The notes beneath the pieces were generated by a model that saw only the letters and a list, made by a program, of their open reading frames with translations, ran no database searches and was not told where the DNA came from. A stretch of DNA of 64,000 nucleotides. Source: Azospirillum sp. CAG:239. Its GTDB lineage: Bacteria > Bacteroidota > Bacteroidia > Bacteroidales > Paludibacteraceae. The stretch spans positions 20,860 through 84,859 of the forward strand of contig CAVEXR010000005.1 in the NCBI GenBank assembly GCA_963619585.1, read 5' to 3'. Positions within the stretch are counted from its first letter, which is position 1, and every line of letters begins with the position of its first letter. Positions 17,008-25,995 of this stretch are shown here, piece after piece. The position numbers were made by a program, and so were the translations under genes.

Positions 17008-17021
17008 AAGTCAAATACCGC

Positions 17022-17390
17022 TTAGGCACGGGCTTGCTTGCGGCGGCGCACAAAGACCGAGAGGGCATAGAGTGCAGCAAAGAAGAGCAACACCCAAGTG
17101 CCATCGCCTACGGGTATCCCCGGGGTATCAGGGGCATCATCGTCTTTCCCTATCACAGGCGGCTTACGCTGCACACCCGTAGCAGTATAGGAAAGGTCTT
17201 GTGCCGCAAAGACGACATTGTAGTTCCCCATTTGCATCGCAGTCGATTGGAACTGCGTCGTTGTCGTATACATCTGTGCAGGCTGCGCACTCTGCCAATC
17301 GTTGGTGGTAGTGGGGTTGGTATATCGCTGCCCACACACAGGCATAAGGGCTATGAACAGCAAGAGAAGTATGTATATATGCTTTTTCAT
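17022..17390 (-). CDS. small secreted or anchored hypothetical protein (signal peptide, T/Q-rich middle, C-terminal TM helix plus RRRK)
   Basis: MKKHIYILLLLFIALMPVCGQ... ends with PGIPVGDGTWVLLFFAALYALSVFVRRRKQARA. It is tightly spaced between the LRR and DUF4886 genes. Confidence 0.5.
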   Translation of the reverse strand: MKKHIYILLLLFIALMPVCGQRYTNPTTTNDWQSAQPAQMYTTTTQFQSTAMQMGNYNVVFAAQDLSYTATGVQRKPPVIGKDDDAPDTPGIPVGDGTWVLLFFAALYALSVFVRRRKQARA

Positions 17391-17407
17391 TGAATCGTTC
17401 TCCCTAA

Positions 17408-20023
17408 TCACAACACAATAGTTTGACTACCGGCATCGGTATGGACAATATAGCAGCCCGAAGGCAGCGTAAGGGTAGCCGTTTCCATCCCCGAGGGGAA
17501 AGATTGCAAGAGCGTACCCGCTGCGGTATAGACACGAACCGCAGCCCCTGCGGGCAAGAGGGTCAGCGTGTTCCCCTCTACAGAATAGGCAAGAGCGTTC
17601 GCATCGATTACCGGTACGCCGTTGTCGGTAGGCGTTTGGTCTTCTGACATGCGGTATGCCATGCGGCGTGGCGCATGGGAGACAGGCATCGTGGCGGTCA
17701 ATGCCAAGTAGCACTCCGAGGGGTAGAGCGTCTGCTTGCCCTCGTGGAGTATGAAACTGCTCTCCAACAGATAGATGTCCGATACGGTCTGGTTCTTCAG
17801 CGTCGTATTCGCATACATCTGCACATTGGATGTACTCTGCTGCGAAAAGTCGTCAGAGAGCGTCTGTCCTGCCTCGCCATAGAAGATGATATCCTTGCCT
17901 TCGTAGTACGAATCGGGGAAGCAAACGAGGTAAGCCTCGCCTTTCTCTATCGAGGAAGCATAACCATACACCGGCGTGTCGTCGGACTGATTGCCAGACT
18001 GCTTACGGAGCCAATAGTTACCGTCCTCAACCCCCTTGTTGACCGGCACAATTTCGTACTCCTCACCGTCCTCTACTACGGTTACACGGCTGACCTCAAA
18101 GGGCAGCGTAAGCGTCTCGTACACATTCGGTGTGAAGACACGGTGGAATGCAATAGCACCCGCTTCGGTGCACTCAACCTCGGTAGTCTTAGCCGACGGG
18201 TGGTCGTGGTGATAGATATCCGTATCCCATCCGATGGGGTAGATATACTTGGTATCCAACTTCCATGCCGTACCATACGACGCGCGCACGCCGCAGGGGA
18301 CATAGGTAATACGCTGCACATGAATGGTATTGAGATAGGCACCAAAGGGCGTACCGCTCAAAGTAGGCGGAGTCTCTCGGTCTATCGTCAGGCTCTCGAG
18401 GTTGACGAAGTTACCGAACGCCATATCCTCTATTCGCTCAATAGTAGAGGGCAAGACGAGCGAAGTAACCATTGAGTCGTTACAGAACGCACGGTCGCAT
18501 ATCTTGGTAATACCCTCGGGTATCGTAATTTTCGTCAACTTCGTACAATCGCGGAACGACGCCGAATCGATAACGGTAATCGTATTGGGGATAACGAGTT
18601 CGGTAATTTGCCGCTGCGAACTCAATGCACGGGTAGCAATGGCTTTCACCGTATAAGTCGTGCCGTCGTACTCGATAGAGGACGGCAGCGTAACGACCCC
18701 CGAGAGGAACACAACCGGCGAAAGCAGACGCACCGCCGTAGCATCACCGTCGATGGCTTGGAAACGGTAGCCGGCAGCAATGATTTCTTTTGAAGAACAA
18801 GGGTCGTCTATCACATACCCATACCCCAGACCGTTATAGGAGAACGACTGACTATACTCGTCGTATGCCCCGCAAGGCACATGAATGGTACGGATATCAT
18901 AGGTCGGCGTCTGCACACTCCAATAGAACGCTCCACTATGGAGCGAAGGGCGTGTCTCGCCCAAGAATGTAACCGAGGAGCAGTTGATCAAGTTACCAAA
19001 AGCGTAGTTCTCTATACGCTTTACCGAGGCGGGAATGGTCAATGCCGTCACTTGGAAAGCACCCAAGAATGCACGGTTGCCTATCGTGTCCACACCCTCG
19101 GCAAGCGTAATGGTCTCGAGGTTGGAACAGTTACGGAACGAGGCAGAGTCGATCACCGTAACGGTAGAGGGGAACGAAACCGCCGTCAGATCCAAACGCC
19201 CCTCGAAGGCGATTTTCTCAATGCGGACCACCGTATAGGTTACCCCATCGTTCACCGCCGCAGAGGGGATAACGAGCGAACCCGTCAGCGTAGTAGCAGG
19301 ACCGATCACCTTTACCGTTGCTGCTGCCTCGTCTATCACACGATAGACCAATGTGCCGTCGTTAAACTGTATGACATCCGACTTGGGGTCAATAATCAAG
19401 TACATTCCCGTATAACTACCGCAGTATCCTTTGTACACATCGTATATAGCGAAAGTTCCTTCCGGCACATAGATGTTTCGCACCGTAAAGGACGGTGTCC
19501 TGCCCGAGAATGCGAAAGCCGACGAAATTATATTCGGAAGCGTACTGCCCAAGAAAGTAACACGCTCCAACGCAGGCATATTACCCAAGGCATATTGGTC
19601 GAGGAACTTAATCGTAGCGGGAAGCGTTATCTCACTCACATTCACATCGTTACAGAACGCACGGTTGCCTATCGAATCGACGGCATCGCCCAAGGAAACA
19701 CTTACGAGCGAAGAACAGGAATAGAATGCCCAACCATTGATTTTGGTAACCGTAGAGGGGATGGTAACCGAGGTAATCGAAGCATTAATAAAACCCTTCT
19801 CTGCCACTTGGGTAACGACATACGAAACGCCGTCTACCGCAAAGGAAGAAGGTATAGTCAGTTCGCCCTTGGGAGCCGTCGCACCCGCCGACACACTGAC
19901 ATTCTTGGAGCCGTCGGCATTCGTAGAAAGAACCGTATAGCCCAAGCCATCGTACTCGAAATCATACGCCATCGCACCGAGCGCACACAGCCATATCAAA
20001 AGAAGAGTTGCAACCTTTTTCAT
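17408..20023 (-). CDS. BspA-type leucine-rich-repeat surface protein with a T9SS C-terminal sorting domain
   Basis: Signal peptide, then three LRR_5-like modules (IPSTVT.I...AF..C..L..V.L). The C-terminal beta-rich tail ...LTLPSGCYIVHTDAGSQTIVL resembles a Por secretion tail. Confidence 0.8.
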   Translation of the reverse strand: MKKVATLLLIWLCALGAMAYDFEYDGLGYTVLSTNADGSKNVSVSAGATAPKGELTIPSSFAVDGVSYVVTQVAEKGFINASITSVTIPSTVTKINGWAFYSCSSLVSVSLGDAVDSIGNRAFCNDVNVSEITLPATIKFLDQYALGNMPALERVTFLGSTLPNIISSAFAFSGRTPSFTVRNIYVPEGTFAIYDVYKGYCGSYTGMYLIIDPKSDVIQFNDGTLVYRVIDEAAATVKVIGPATTLTGSLVIPSAAVNDGVTYTVVRIEKIAFEGRLDLTAVSFPSTVTVIDSASFRNCSNLETITLAEGVDTIGNRAFLGAFQVTALTIPASVKRIENYAFGNLINCSSVTFLGETRPSLHSGAFYWSVQTPTYDIRTIHVPCGAYDEYSQSFSYNGLGYGYVIDDPCSSKEIIAAGYRFQAIDGDATAVRLLSPVVFLSGVVTLPSSIEYDGTTYTVKAIATRALSSQRQITELVIPNTITVIDSASFRDCTKLTKITIPEGITKICDRAFCNDSMVTSLVLPSTIERIEDMAFGNFVNLESLTIDRETPPTLSGTPFGAYLNTIHVQRITYVPCGVRASYGTAWKLDTKYIYPIGWDTDIYHHDHPSAKTTEVECTEAGAIAFHRVFTPNVYETLTLPFEVSRVTVVEDGEEYEIVPVNKGVEDGNYWLRKQSGNQSDDTPVYGYASSIEKGEAYLVCFPDSYYEGKDIIFYGEAGQTLSDDFSQQSTSNVQMYANTTLKNQTVSDIYLLESSFILHEGKQTLYPSECYLALTATMPVSHAPRRMAYRMSEDQTPTDNGVPVIDANALAYSVEGNTLTLLPAGAAVRVYTAAGTLLQSFPSGMETATLTLPSGCYIVHTDAGSQTIVL

Positions 20024-20138
20024 AATAGTTAAGAGGCAATTTATAGTAGTTAATTGGATTACATCCGATTAGGGTTGTCTTTTCAACACGGGAAATTCGA
20101 TTGTTTCCCCGCAGTCATCCACTGTACGAAAGACGGCG

Positions 20139-20146
20139 CAAAGGTA
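20139..20146 (-). promoter_or_regulatory. -7 box TAccTTTG upstream of the LRR gene
   Basis: The plus strand reads caaaggta. Confidence 0.5.
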
Positions 20147-20280
20147 CACATTTTTTACAATATATACAAACAAAAAAGCAAAAAAGAGCATTTTCGCAGG
20201 AGAAGAGGGGCGTTTCGGGTATAGACGAGGTATAGGCGAGGTATAGTCAGAGTTGCTTCAAAGTACGGCGAAAGTATTCT

Positions 20281-20313
20281 TATGTATCGGTTATGTATCG
20301 GTTATGTGTCGGT
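20281..20313. repeat. 3 x 11-bp tandem repeat TATGT(A/G)TCGGT
   Basis: tatgtatcggt tatgtatcggt tatgtgtcggt. Confidence 0.85.
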
Positions 20314-20340
20314 TATCCTATACGCCGGTCTCGAGATTGA

Positions 20341-20407
20341 CAGACAGACTCCCCCCTTCAGACTCCCCCCATTCAGACTCCCCCTGCCCCCTCATAGAGG
20401 GGGATGG
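20341..20407. repeat. 3 x CAGACTCCCCCC units ending in a CCCCCTC/GAGGGGG hairpin module
   Basis: cagacagactccccccttcagactccccccattcagactccccctgccccctcatagagggggatgg. Confidence 0.8.
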
Positions 20408-20411
20408 AGAG

Positions 20412-20446
20412 TATAGTCAACTGAGCCTTGCGGCTCACGCGGGTGA
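20412..20446. repeat. 35-nt module, identical copy at 50979-51013
   Basis: tatagtcaactgagccttgcggctcacgcgggtga contains the hairpin tgagcc-ttgc-ggctca. Confidence 0.9.
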
Positions 20447-20450
20447 TATT

Positions 20451-20526
20451 CAATTAACAGGTAACAGGTAACAATTAACATACCTCTATTCAATTAACAA
20501 TTAACAGGTAACAATTAACATACCTC
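20451..20526. repeat. two direct copies of an AATTAACA/GGTAACA word array ending in CATACCTC
   Basis: caattaacaggtaacaggtaacaattaacatacctc at 20451 and caattaacaattaacaggtaacaattaacatacctc at 20491. Confidence 0.85.
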
Positions 20527-20611
20527 GTAGCGTGCGGGGCTTGGTGGACTCGGCATCGCATGGTCAAAGGGCTACGCCCCGCGGGTGGGGACACCCACGC
20601 CCCCAGGTTTG
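20527..20611. repeat. GC-rich ~58-nt module (stem GCGGGGC...GCCCCGC) plus a CCCACGCCCCC(A/G)GGTT tail; related copy at 50883-50941 and 51103-51118
   Basis: About 80 percent identity by eye between the two copies. Possible structured RNA or MITE-like element. Confidence 0.7.
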
Positions 20612-20737
20612 CGCATTGTGCATTGTGTCCATGGATGTCCCAGCCTGCTTTGTTAGGACTGCGTTAATTACACATTACTAATTAAACATTACTCTTACAC
20701 ATTACACATATAATTTGCAGGGAAGAAAAAAAATGCG

Positions 20738-20745
20738 TACCTTTG
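20738..20745 (+). promoter_or_regulatory. -7 box TAccTTTG upstream of murC
   Basis: gcgtacctttgcagg lies about 270 nt before the murC ATG. Confidence 0.5.
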
Positions 20746-21012
20746 CAGGCTCATCGTACACAACCTATTTATACACCCCAAATAGACAGCAATTACACTG
20801 ACACTGCTCCATAGACAGCGATTACACTGACACTCCGCACTACTTACACTATACTTACGCTACTATTTTGCTACACTGACACTATTATTTCGCAACACCT
20901 ACACGACTATTCCGCACTAATTAAACTATATATTCCACAACACTTACACGACTAACACTCCGGTAACAACGCATAGACATCACTACCTATCCAATCGCAC
21001 AAACATTTCCTT

Positions 21013-22431
21013 ATGGACTTTCGAGATATACAATCGTTCTACTTCTTGGGCATAGGCGGCATCGGCATGAGCGCCCTTGCACGCTACTTCCGCTCGTGCG
21101 GGTACGCCATCTACGGCTATGACCATACCCCCTCGACGCTTACACGCGCCCTCGAGGCGGAAGGCATAGCCATCTCCTACAAGGACGACCCGACCACCCT
21201 GCCCGAGACCATCACACCCAAACACACCCTTGTGGTGCTGACGCCTGCCATCCCCGCAGACAACGCCCTACTCCGCCACCTGCAACAGGCGGGATACCCC
21301 ATCATGAAACGGGCGGAAGTGCTGGGCTTGGTAACACGCCGCATGAAAGCCCTCTGCGTGGCAGGTACACACGGCAAGACCACCACCTCGACCATGCTAG
21401 CACACCTGCTCTATCAGTCGGAGATAGGCACCAACGCGTTCTTAGGCGGCATCAGCAACAACTATGGGACGAATGTGCTTATCCAACAGGACAGCAACTA
21501 TGTGGTGGTAGAGGCTGACGAGTACGACCGCTCATTCCACCACCTGACACCCTACATGTCCGTCATCACCGCCGTTGACCCCGACCACTTAGACATCTAC
21601 GGCACGGCGGAAGCCTACCGAGAGAGTTTTGAACACTACACCTCGCTGATACAGACCGCCCTCGTCATGAAGAAAGGGCTGCCCATCACGCCCCGCCTAA
21701 GGACGGGCGTCAAACTCTACACCTACAGCGCCACCGAACAAGCCGACTTCTACGCCGACCATATCCGCGTAGAGAAAGGAAACATATACTTCGACTTCCA
21801 CACCCCCAACGATTCCATACTCGATATGCGGCTCGGTGTCCCCGTATGGGTGAACATAGAGAACAGCGTGGCCGCCATGGCGGTGGCGTGGCTCAACGGC
21901 GTAAGCAACGAGGCACTACGGCACGGGCTGCTGTCGTTCAGCGGCGTATGGCGGCGATTCAACATCCATGTGAATACCCCGCATGTGGCGTACATAGACG
22001 ACTATGCGCACCACCCGACGGAGATCGCCACATCTATCGATTCCGTACGAAGGCTCTACCCCGAACGGCACTTCATAGGCGTGTTCCAACCGCACCTATA
22101 CTCGCGCACGAGAGACTTTGCAGACGACTTTGCCCGCGTACTCTCCACGCTCGATGAGGTAGTACTGTTGCCTATCTACCCCGCTCGCGAAGAGCCTATC
22201 GAAGGGGTGAACTCCGAGATGCTGATAGACCGTATTACCTGCCCAAAGAAGAGCCTCGTGGAGAAAGCCGATCTTGCGGCGTTTGTGGCAAAGCGGGTAC
22301 AGGAAGAGCCGAGTGCGTGCGTAGTGATGACAATCGGTGCCGGCGACATAGACCGACTTGTCCCCGAGGTTAAAGCCGCACTGAGCAAGGTCTCGCAAAG
22401 CCCCGCCGCAGGAGAGACCGACGGAGAATAG
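21013..22431 (+). CDS. murC: UDP-N-acetylmuramate--L-alanine ligase
   Basis: FYFLGIGGIGMSALARY...VAGTHGKTTTSTM. Confidence 0.92.
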   Translation: MDFRDIQSFYFLGIGGIGMSALARYFRSCGYAIYGYDHTPSTLTRALEAEGIAISYKDDPTTLPETITPKHTLVVLTPAIPADNALLRHLQQAGYPIMKRAEVLGLVTRRMKALCVAGTHGKTTTSTMLAHLLYQSEIGTNAFLGGISNNYGTNVLIQQDSNYVVVEADEYDRSFHHLTPYMSVITAVDPDHLDIYGTAEAYRESFEHYTSLIQTALVMKKGLPITPRLRTGVKLYTYSATEQADFYADHIRVEKGNIYFDFHTPNDSILDMRLGVPVWVNIENSVAAMAVAWLNGVSNEALRHGLLSFSGVWRRFNIHVNTPHVAYIDDYAHHPTEIATSIDSVRRLYPERHFIGVFQPHLYSRTRDFADDFARVLSTLDEVVLLPIYPAREEPIEGVNSEMLIDRITCPKKSLVEKADLAAFVAKRVQEEPSACVVMTIGAGDIDRLVPEVKAALSKVSQSPAAGETDGE

Positions 22432-22504
22432 CCCGGAAGTGCCTCGTAACTCACGCAGGTCGCAGGGCGGATAGAATGAGGATATAAGGCGGACTGCCTA
22501 CTGG

Positions 22505-22539
22505 TAATTCCTAATTCCTAACTCCTAATTTCTAATTCC
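22505..22539. repeat. TAATTCC word array just upstream of ftsQ
   Basis: taattcctaattcctaactcctaatttctaattcc. A near-identical array is at 58412-58444. Confidence 0.85.
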
Positions 22540-22550
22540 AAATCAGTACA

Positions 22551-23279
22551 TTGTTTCGTACCATATTGCTTTCGGTTGGCGGCTGCCTGATGGCAGTGGC
22601 GTTGGTCGTGGGCGTGGTGGTAGGCAGAGTATGTACACCAACACGGGTCTGCACGGGCGTGGAGTTCCTCATAACCGACTCCGCCGAACGGCAGTATGTA
22701 GACGCTTACGAACTGACCCGACTGCTACAACAGCAAGACCTCTTCCCTGTCGGACTACCGCTCAACCGTGTCTCGCTGCAGGCGATAGAGAACGCCGTGG
22801 CGGCACACCCAATGGTGCGACACTGTGAGTGCTACGCCACGCCGCAAGGCGAGATACGCATACGCCTCGCGCAACGCATACCGCTCTTGCGGGTAGCCAC
22901 TGCCGCCGAAGTGTACTACATAGACACCGACCACCGTCGTATGCCTGTGCGCGAGAGCGTAAAAGCCAATGTACTTATTGTATCGGGCATGGTGGGCGAA
23001 CAGGCAGCACGAACCACCTACGCAGACTTCGCCGAATGGCTGCAAGACAATACCTACTGGCGGCAGCGCATACACCAAATGGTTGTACAGACACCCCAAC
23101 AGATCGTTCTCCTACAGCAGGGCGAACACACCGAGCGGATACTACTCGGGCAGATGGAGGACTACGAGAGAAAACTAAACAAACTGCGTATCTACTACGA
23201 GGGTACCGCCCACGCAGTAGACCTGCCGACCTACAAAGAATTGGATCTGCGCTTTCGAGGACAAGTAGTGGCACGATAA
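22551..23279 (+). CDS. ftsQ: cell division protein FtsQ (start codon uncertain; TTG at 22551 or ATG 13 codons downstream)
   Basis: N-terminal TM helix and a POTRA-like region, positioned between murC and ftsA. Confidence 0.7.
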   Translation: MFRTILLSVGGCLMAVALVVGVVVGRVCTPTRVCTGVEFLITDSAERQYVDAYELTRLLQQQDLFPVGLPLNRVSLQAIENAVAAHPMVRHCECYATPQGEIRIRLAQRIPLLRVATAAEVYYIDTDHRRMPVRESVKANVLIVSGMVGEQAARTTYADFAEWLQDNTYWRQRIHQMVVQTPQQIVLLQQGEHTERILLGQMEDYERKLNKLRIYYEGTAHAVDLPTYKELDLRFRGQVVAR

Positions 23280-23301
23280 CAACCTAACCAACAGAAGACC
23301 A

Positions 23302-24594
23302 ATGAAGAAGAAACCCGTAGAGAAACGAAACACCGACCTACCGCTAGTGGCGATAGACCTCGGCAGCGATACTGTGCGCGCCATGGCGGCACGGCGCGTG
23401 GGCGACAGCATGTTCGAGATACTCGGCGTAGAGCAACTCAGCAGCCACTCCGCAGGCATAGAGCAAGGGCTAATCACACAGACCGCCGGCACGGCATTCG
23501 TGGTAACCAAAGTGCTGCAACTGTTAGCCAACCGCATAGGCGAACCCAAACTGACCTCCGCTTTTGTCTGCGTGGGCGGGAACACCATGCGCTCCGTGGC
23601 AGTCAAATCGAAGCGCGACCTGATACACCGCCGTGCGATTCCTCAAGCCACTCTCGACGAGATGGAACGAGAATGCAAAGAGAAATTGGAGAACCGCAAC
23701 CCGCAGATTTGCGTGTTGGGCGTCGTACCCAGTTTCTTTGTTCTCGACGGCGAACTGCAGGAATACACCCCTACACCAGACCAACAAGCCACCCTCATAG
23801 AGGGCAACTACACCGCTTTCTACGCCCGCAAAGAAGCAGACACCATGCTGCAGAAGACTTTCTTGCAGACCACGACCTCGATAGAGCAAACTTTTGTCCG
23901 CCCCGATGCGTTGCTCTCCGTCTTTGCCGAAGAGGACGGCAACCAGATACTGAGCGAGGGGTGCGCCGTGCTTGACTTCGGGGCAGAGACGACTACCCTC
24001 GCCGTGTACAAATGCGGCGAATACCTCAATACAGGCACTCGCAGCGTCGTGCCGCAGGGCGGATACCACCTGACGCGTGCCATAGAGCAACTCGGCGTAT
24101 CATTTGCCGTTGCCGAGAAACTGAAACGCGAATATGCCTACGCAGCCCCCGACCTGCTGCCCCAAGACAAGAAATTGGGCGTACGGAACAACACAACGGG
24201 CGACATTGTGTCGCTCACTCTCTCGGACATCGCTTCGCAGGTAGAGACCGCTCTCGAGGGCATACTCGCCCCGCTGCTGGAAGTACTGCACACCCACGAG
24301 GCGCGTATCCGTACCCTCTACATCACAGGCGGCGGTGCGATGTTGCACGGGCTGGACGCCTACCTCGGGCGTTATACCTCACTGCCTGTACGCTACGGCG
24401 GGCACGACCTTGTAGTGGTACGCGACACCCCCGGGCAGTACCTTGAACCTACCTACGCCTCGTTGGTAGGCACGATACTACTGGGGCAGGACTTCCGCGA
24501 CAAACACCCCAACCAACTGATTGACACGCCGAAAACCATCATCGATAAGGGAAAAGATTTCATTGCCACCCTCTTTGGCGAAGGCGCATACTGA
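23302..24594 (+). CDS. ftsA: cell division protein FtsA
   Basis: Actin-like ATPase (VAIDLGSDTVRAM..., ITGGGAML), positioned before ftsZ. Confidence 0.88.
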   Translation: MKKKPVEKRNTDLPLVAIDLGSDTVRAMAARRVGDSMFEILGVEQLSSHSAGIEQGLITQTAGTAFVVTKVLQLLANRIGEPKLTSAFVCVGGNTMRSVAVKSKRDLIHRRAIPQATLDEMERECKEKLENRNPQICVLGVVPSFFVLDGELQEYTPTPDQQATLIEGNYTAFYARKEADTMLQKTFLQTTTSIEQTFVRPDALLSVFAEEDGNQILSEGCAVLDFGAETTTLAVYKCGEYLNTGTRSVVPQGGYHLTRAIEQLGVSFAVAEKLKREYAYAAPDLLPQDKKLGVRNNTTGDIVSLTLSDIASQVETALEGILAPLLEVLHTHEARIRTLYITGGGAMLHGLDAYLGRYTSLPVRYGGHDLVVVRDTPGQYLEPTYASLVGTILLGQDFRDKHPNQLIDTPKTIIDKGKDFIATLFGEGAY

Positions 24595-24678
24595 TATATT
24601 TGTAATCCATGGGGATTAAAACAAATCCCCGATAGTTTCATCCACGGGGACAAAACCCGACAAACACATTTCTTTACT

Positions 24679-25953
24679 ATGAGCGACGAAGAGTTAATAC
24701 AATTGCCATTGGATATACAGGGAGACAGTATCATCAAGGTAATGGGCGTAGGCGGTGGCGGCGGCAATGCCGTGAACTACCTCTACCAACAAGGACTCGC
24801 CGATGTTACTTTCCTTGTCTGCAACACTGACAAACAAGCCCTCGGGCGTACCTCGGTACCTGCGAAATTGCAATTAGGTCCCGGTTGGGGCGCAGGCGGC
24901 AAACCCGATGTAGCCAAAGAATATGCAGAACAAGACCGTGAGCGTGTGCGTGAGGCACTGAACGACGGCACAAAGATGCTCTTTATCGCAGCCGGTATGG
25001 GCGGCGGTACGGGTACGGGTGCCTCGCCTATCATAGCCGAGGTGGCACAAGAGATGGGCATTCTGACCGTCGGTATTGTAACCATTCCGTTTGCGTTCGA
25101 GAAAGGAAAGAAGATACGTAAAGCCATGGAGGGTGTGGCACGCCTTGCCAAGCATGTAGACGCACTGCTCCTTATCAACAACGAAAAGTTACCGGAGATA
25201 TACCCGACCTTTAATTTCCTGAAAGCCTTTGAGTTCTCGAACGATGTAGTCGCCAACGCCACACGGGCAATAGCGGAGATTATTACCCTGCCGGGCATTA
25301 TCAACACCGACTTCACCGATGTCTATAATACGCTGCACAACGGCGGTATTGCCATTATGAATGTAGGGCGTGCGAGCGGCGAAGAGCGTATCACACAGGC
25401 GATACGCAATGCGCTGAACTCACCGCTTGTCAACACCAACGATGTGCACGGGGCAAAACGACTGCTAATGAACTTCTACTGCTCTACCGAACACGCTATC
25501 GAGATGTCCGAAGTGCCGCAGATAAACGCCTTCGTAGACGAAGTAGGCGAAGAAGTGGAGGTACAATGGGGCGTTGCGTTGGACGAGACATTGGGCGAGG
25601 ATGTGCGCATCACCATTATCGCCACGGGCTACGGTATCAGCGGGCTGCCCGTCCTCGACGAAGACCGACCGCAAGAAGAGGAAGCAGGCAGCGAGAAGCA
25701 GGGCAAGACTATCGACGAGGCAATTGAGGAGAACTACCCCACACAGGGCAAAGAGAAAGAGCCGGAACCGGAACCCCAACCTATCCCCGAACCCGAGCCG
25801 ATGCGCCACACGGACAACCCATTGCCGGATACAGCAGACATCATCATCGACTTTGATGAGGATGGTACGGTGGCTGCTCCCGCTGCGCCGAAAGCACCTA
25901 ATCCGGAGAAAACCGAGAGAAGCGGCTTGCAAGGTTGGTTGCGCCGACACTAA
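24679..25953 (+). CDS. ftsZ: cell division GTPase FtsZ
   Basis: IKVMGVGGGGGNAVN and GMGGGTGTGASPIIA, with a Pro/Glu-rich C-terminal linker. Confidence 0.95.
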   Translation: MSDEELIQLPLDIQGDSIIKVMGVGGGGGNAVNYLYQQGLADVTFLVCNTDKQALGRTSVPAKLQLGPGWGAGGKPDVAKEYAEQDRERVREALNDGTKMLFIAAGMGGGTGTGASPIIAEVAQEMGILTVGIVTIPFAFEKGKKIRKAMEGVARLAKHVDALLLINNEKLPEIYPTFNFLKAFEFSNDVVANATRAIAEIITLPGIINTDFTDVYNTLHNGGIAIMNVGRASGEERITQAIRNALNSPLVNTNDVHGAKRLLMNFYCSTEHAIEMSEVPQINAFVDEVGEEVEVQWGVALDETLGEDVRITIIATGYGISGLPVLDEDRPQEEEAGSEKQGKTIDEAIEENYPTQGKEKEPEPEPQPIPEPEPMRHTDNPLPDTADIIIDFDEDGTVAAPAAPKAPNPEKTERSGLQGWLRRH

Positions 25954-25995
25954 ACGAGATTTTATAGAAGTCCCCTAAACGCTCCGCACTACATA

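Noticed and set aside
20253-20471. ORFs lying inside the repeat mosaics: 20253-20471, 50524-50799, 50889-51095 and 51117-51533
   Set aside because: They are composed of the repeat modules themselves, have no start context, and give low-complexity translations.
20253-20611. Possible CRISPR array suggested by the regular short repeats. The same question applies to 50719-50882
   Set aside because: The units are 7-12 bp and contiguous, with no unique spacers of 25-40 bp. No cas genes are present in the window.
20024-21012. An invertible, phase-variable promoter between the LRR gene and murC
   Set aside because: The repeats found here are direct, not inverted. No pair of 15-30-bp inverted repeats flanks either -7 box, and no recombinase gene is nearby.
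24611-24630. The hairpin ggggat-taaaacaa-atcccc between ftsA and ftsZ as an attenuator
   Set aside because: The stem is short at 6 bp, there is no U tract, and ftsA-ftsZ are normally co-transcribed. The evidence is too weak to call.
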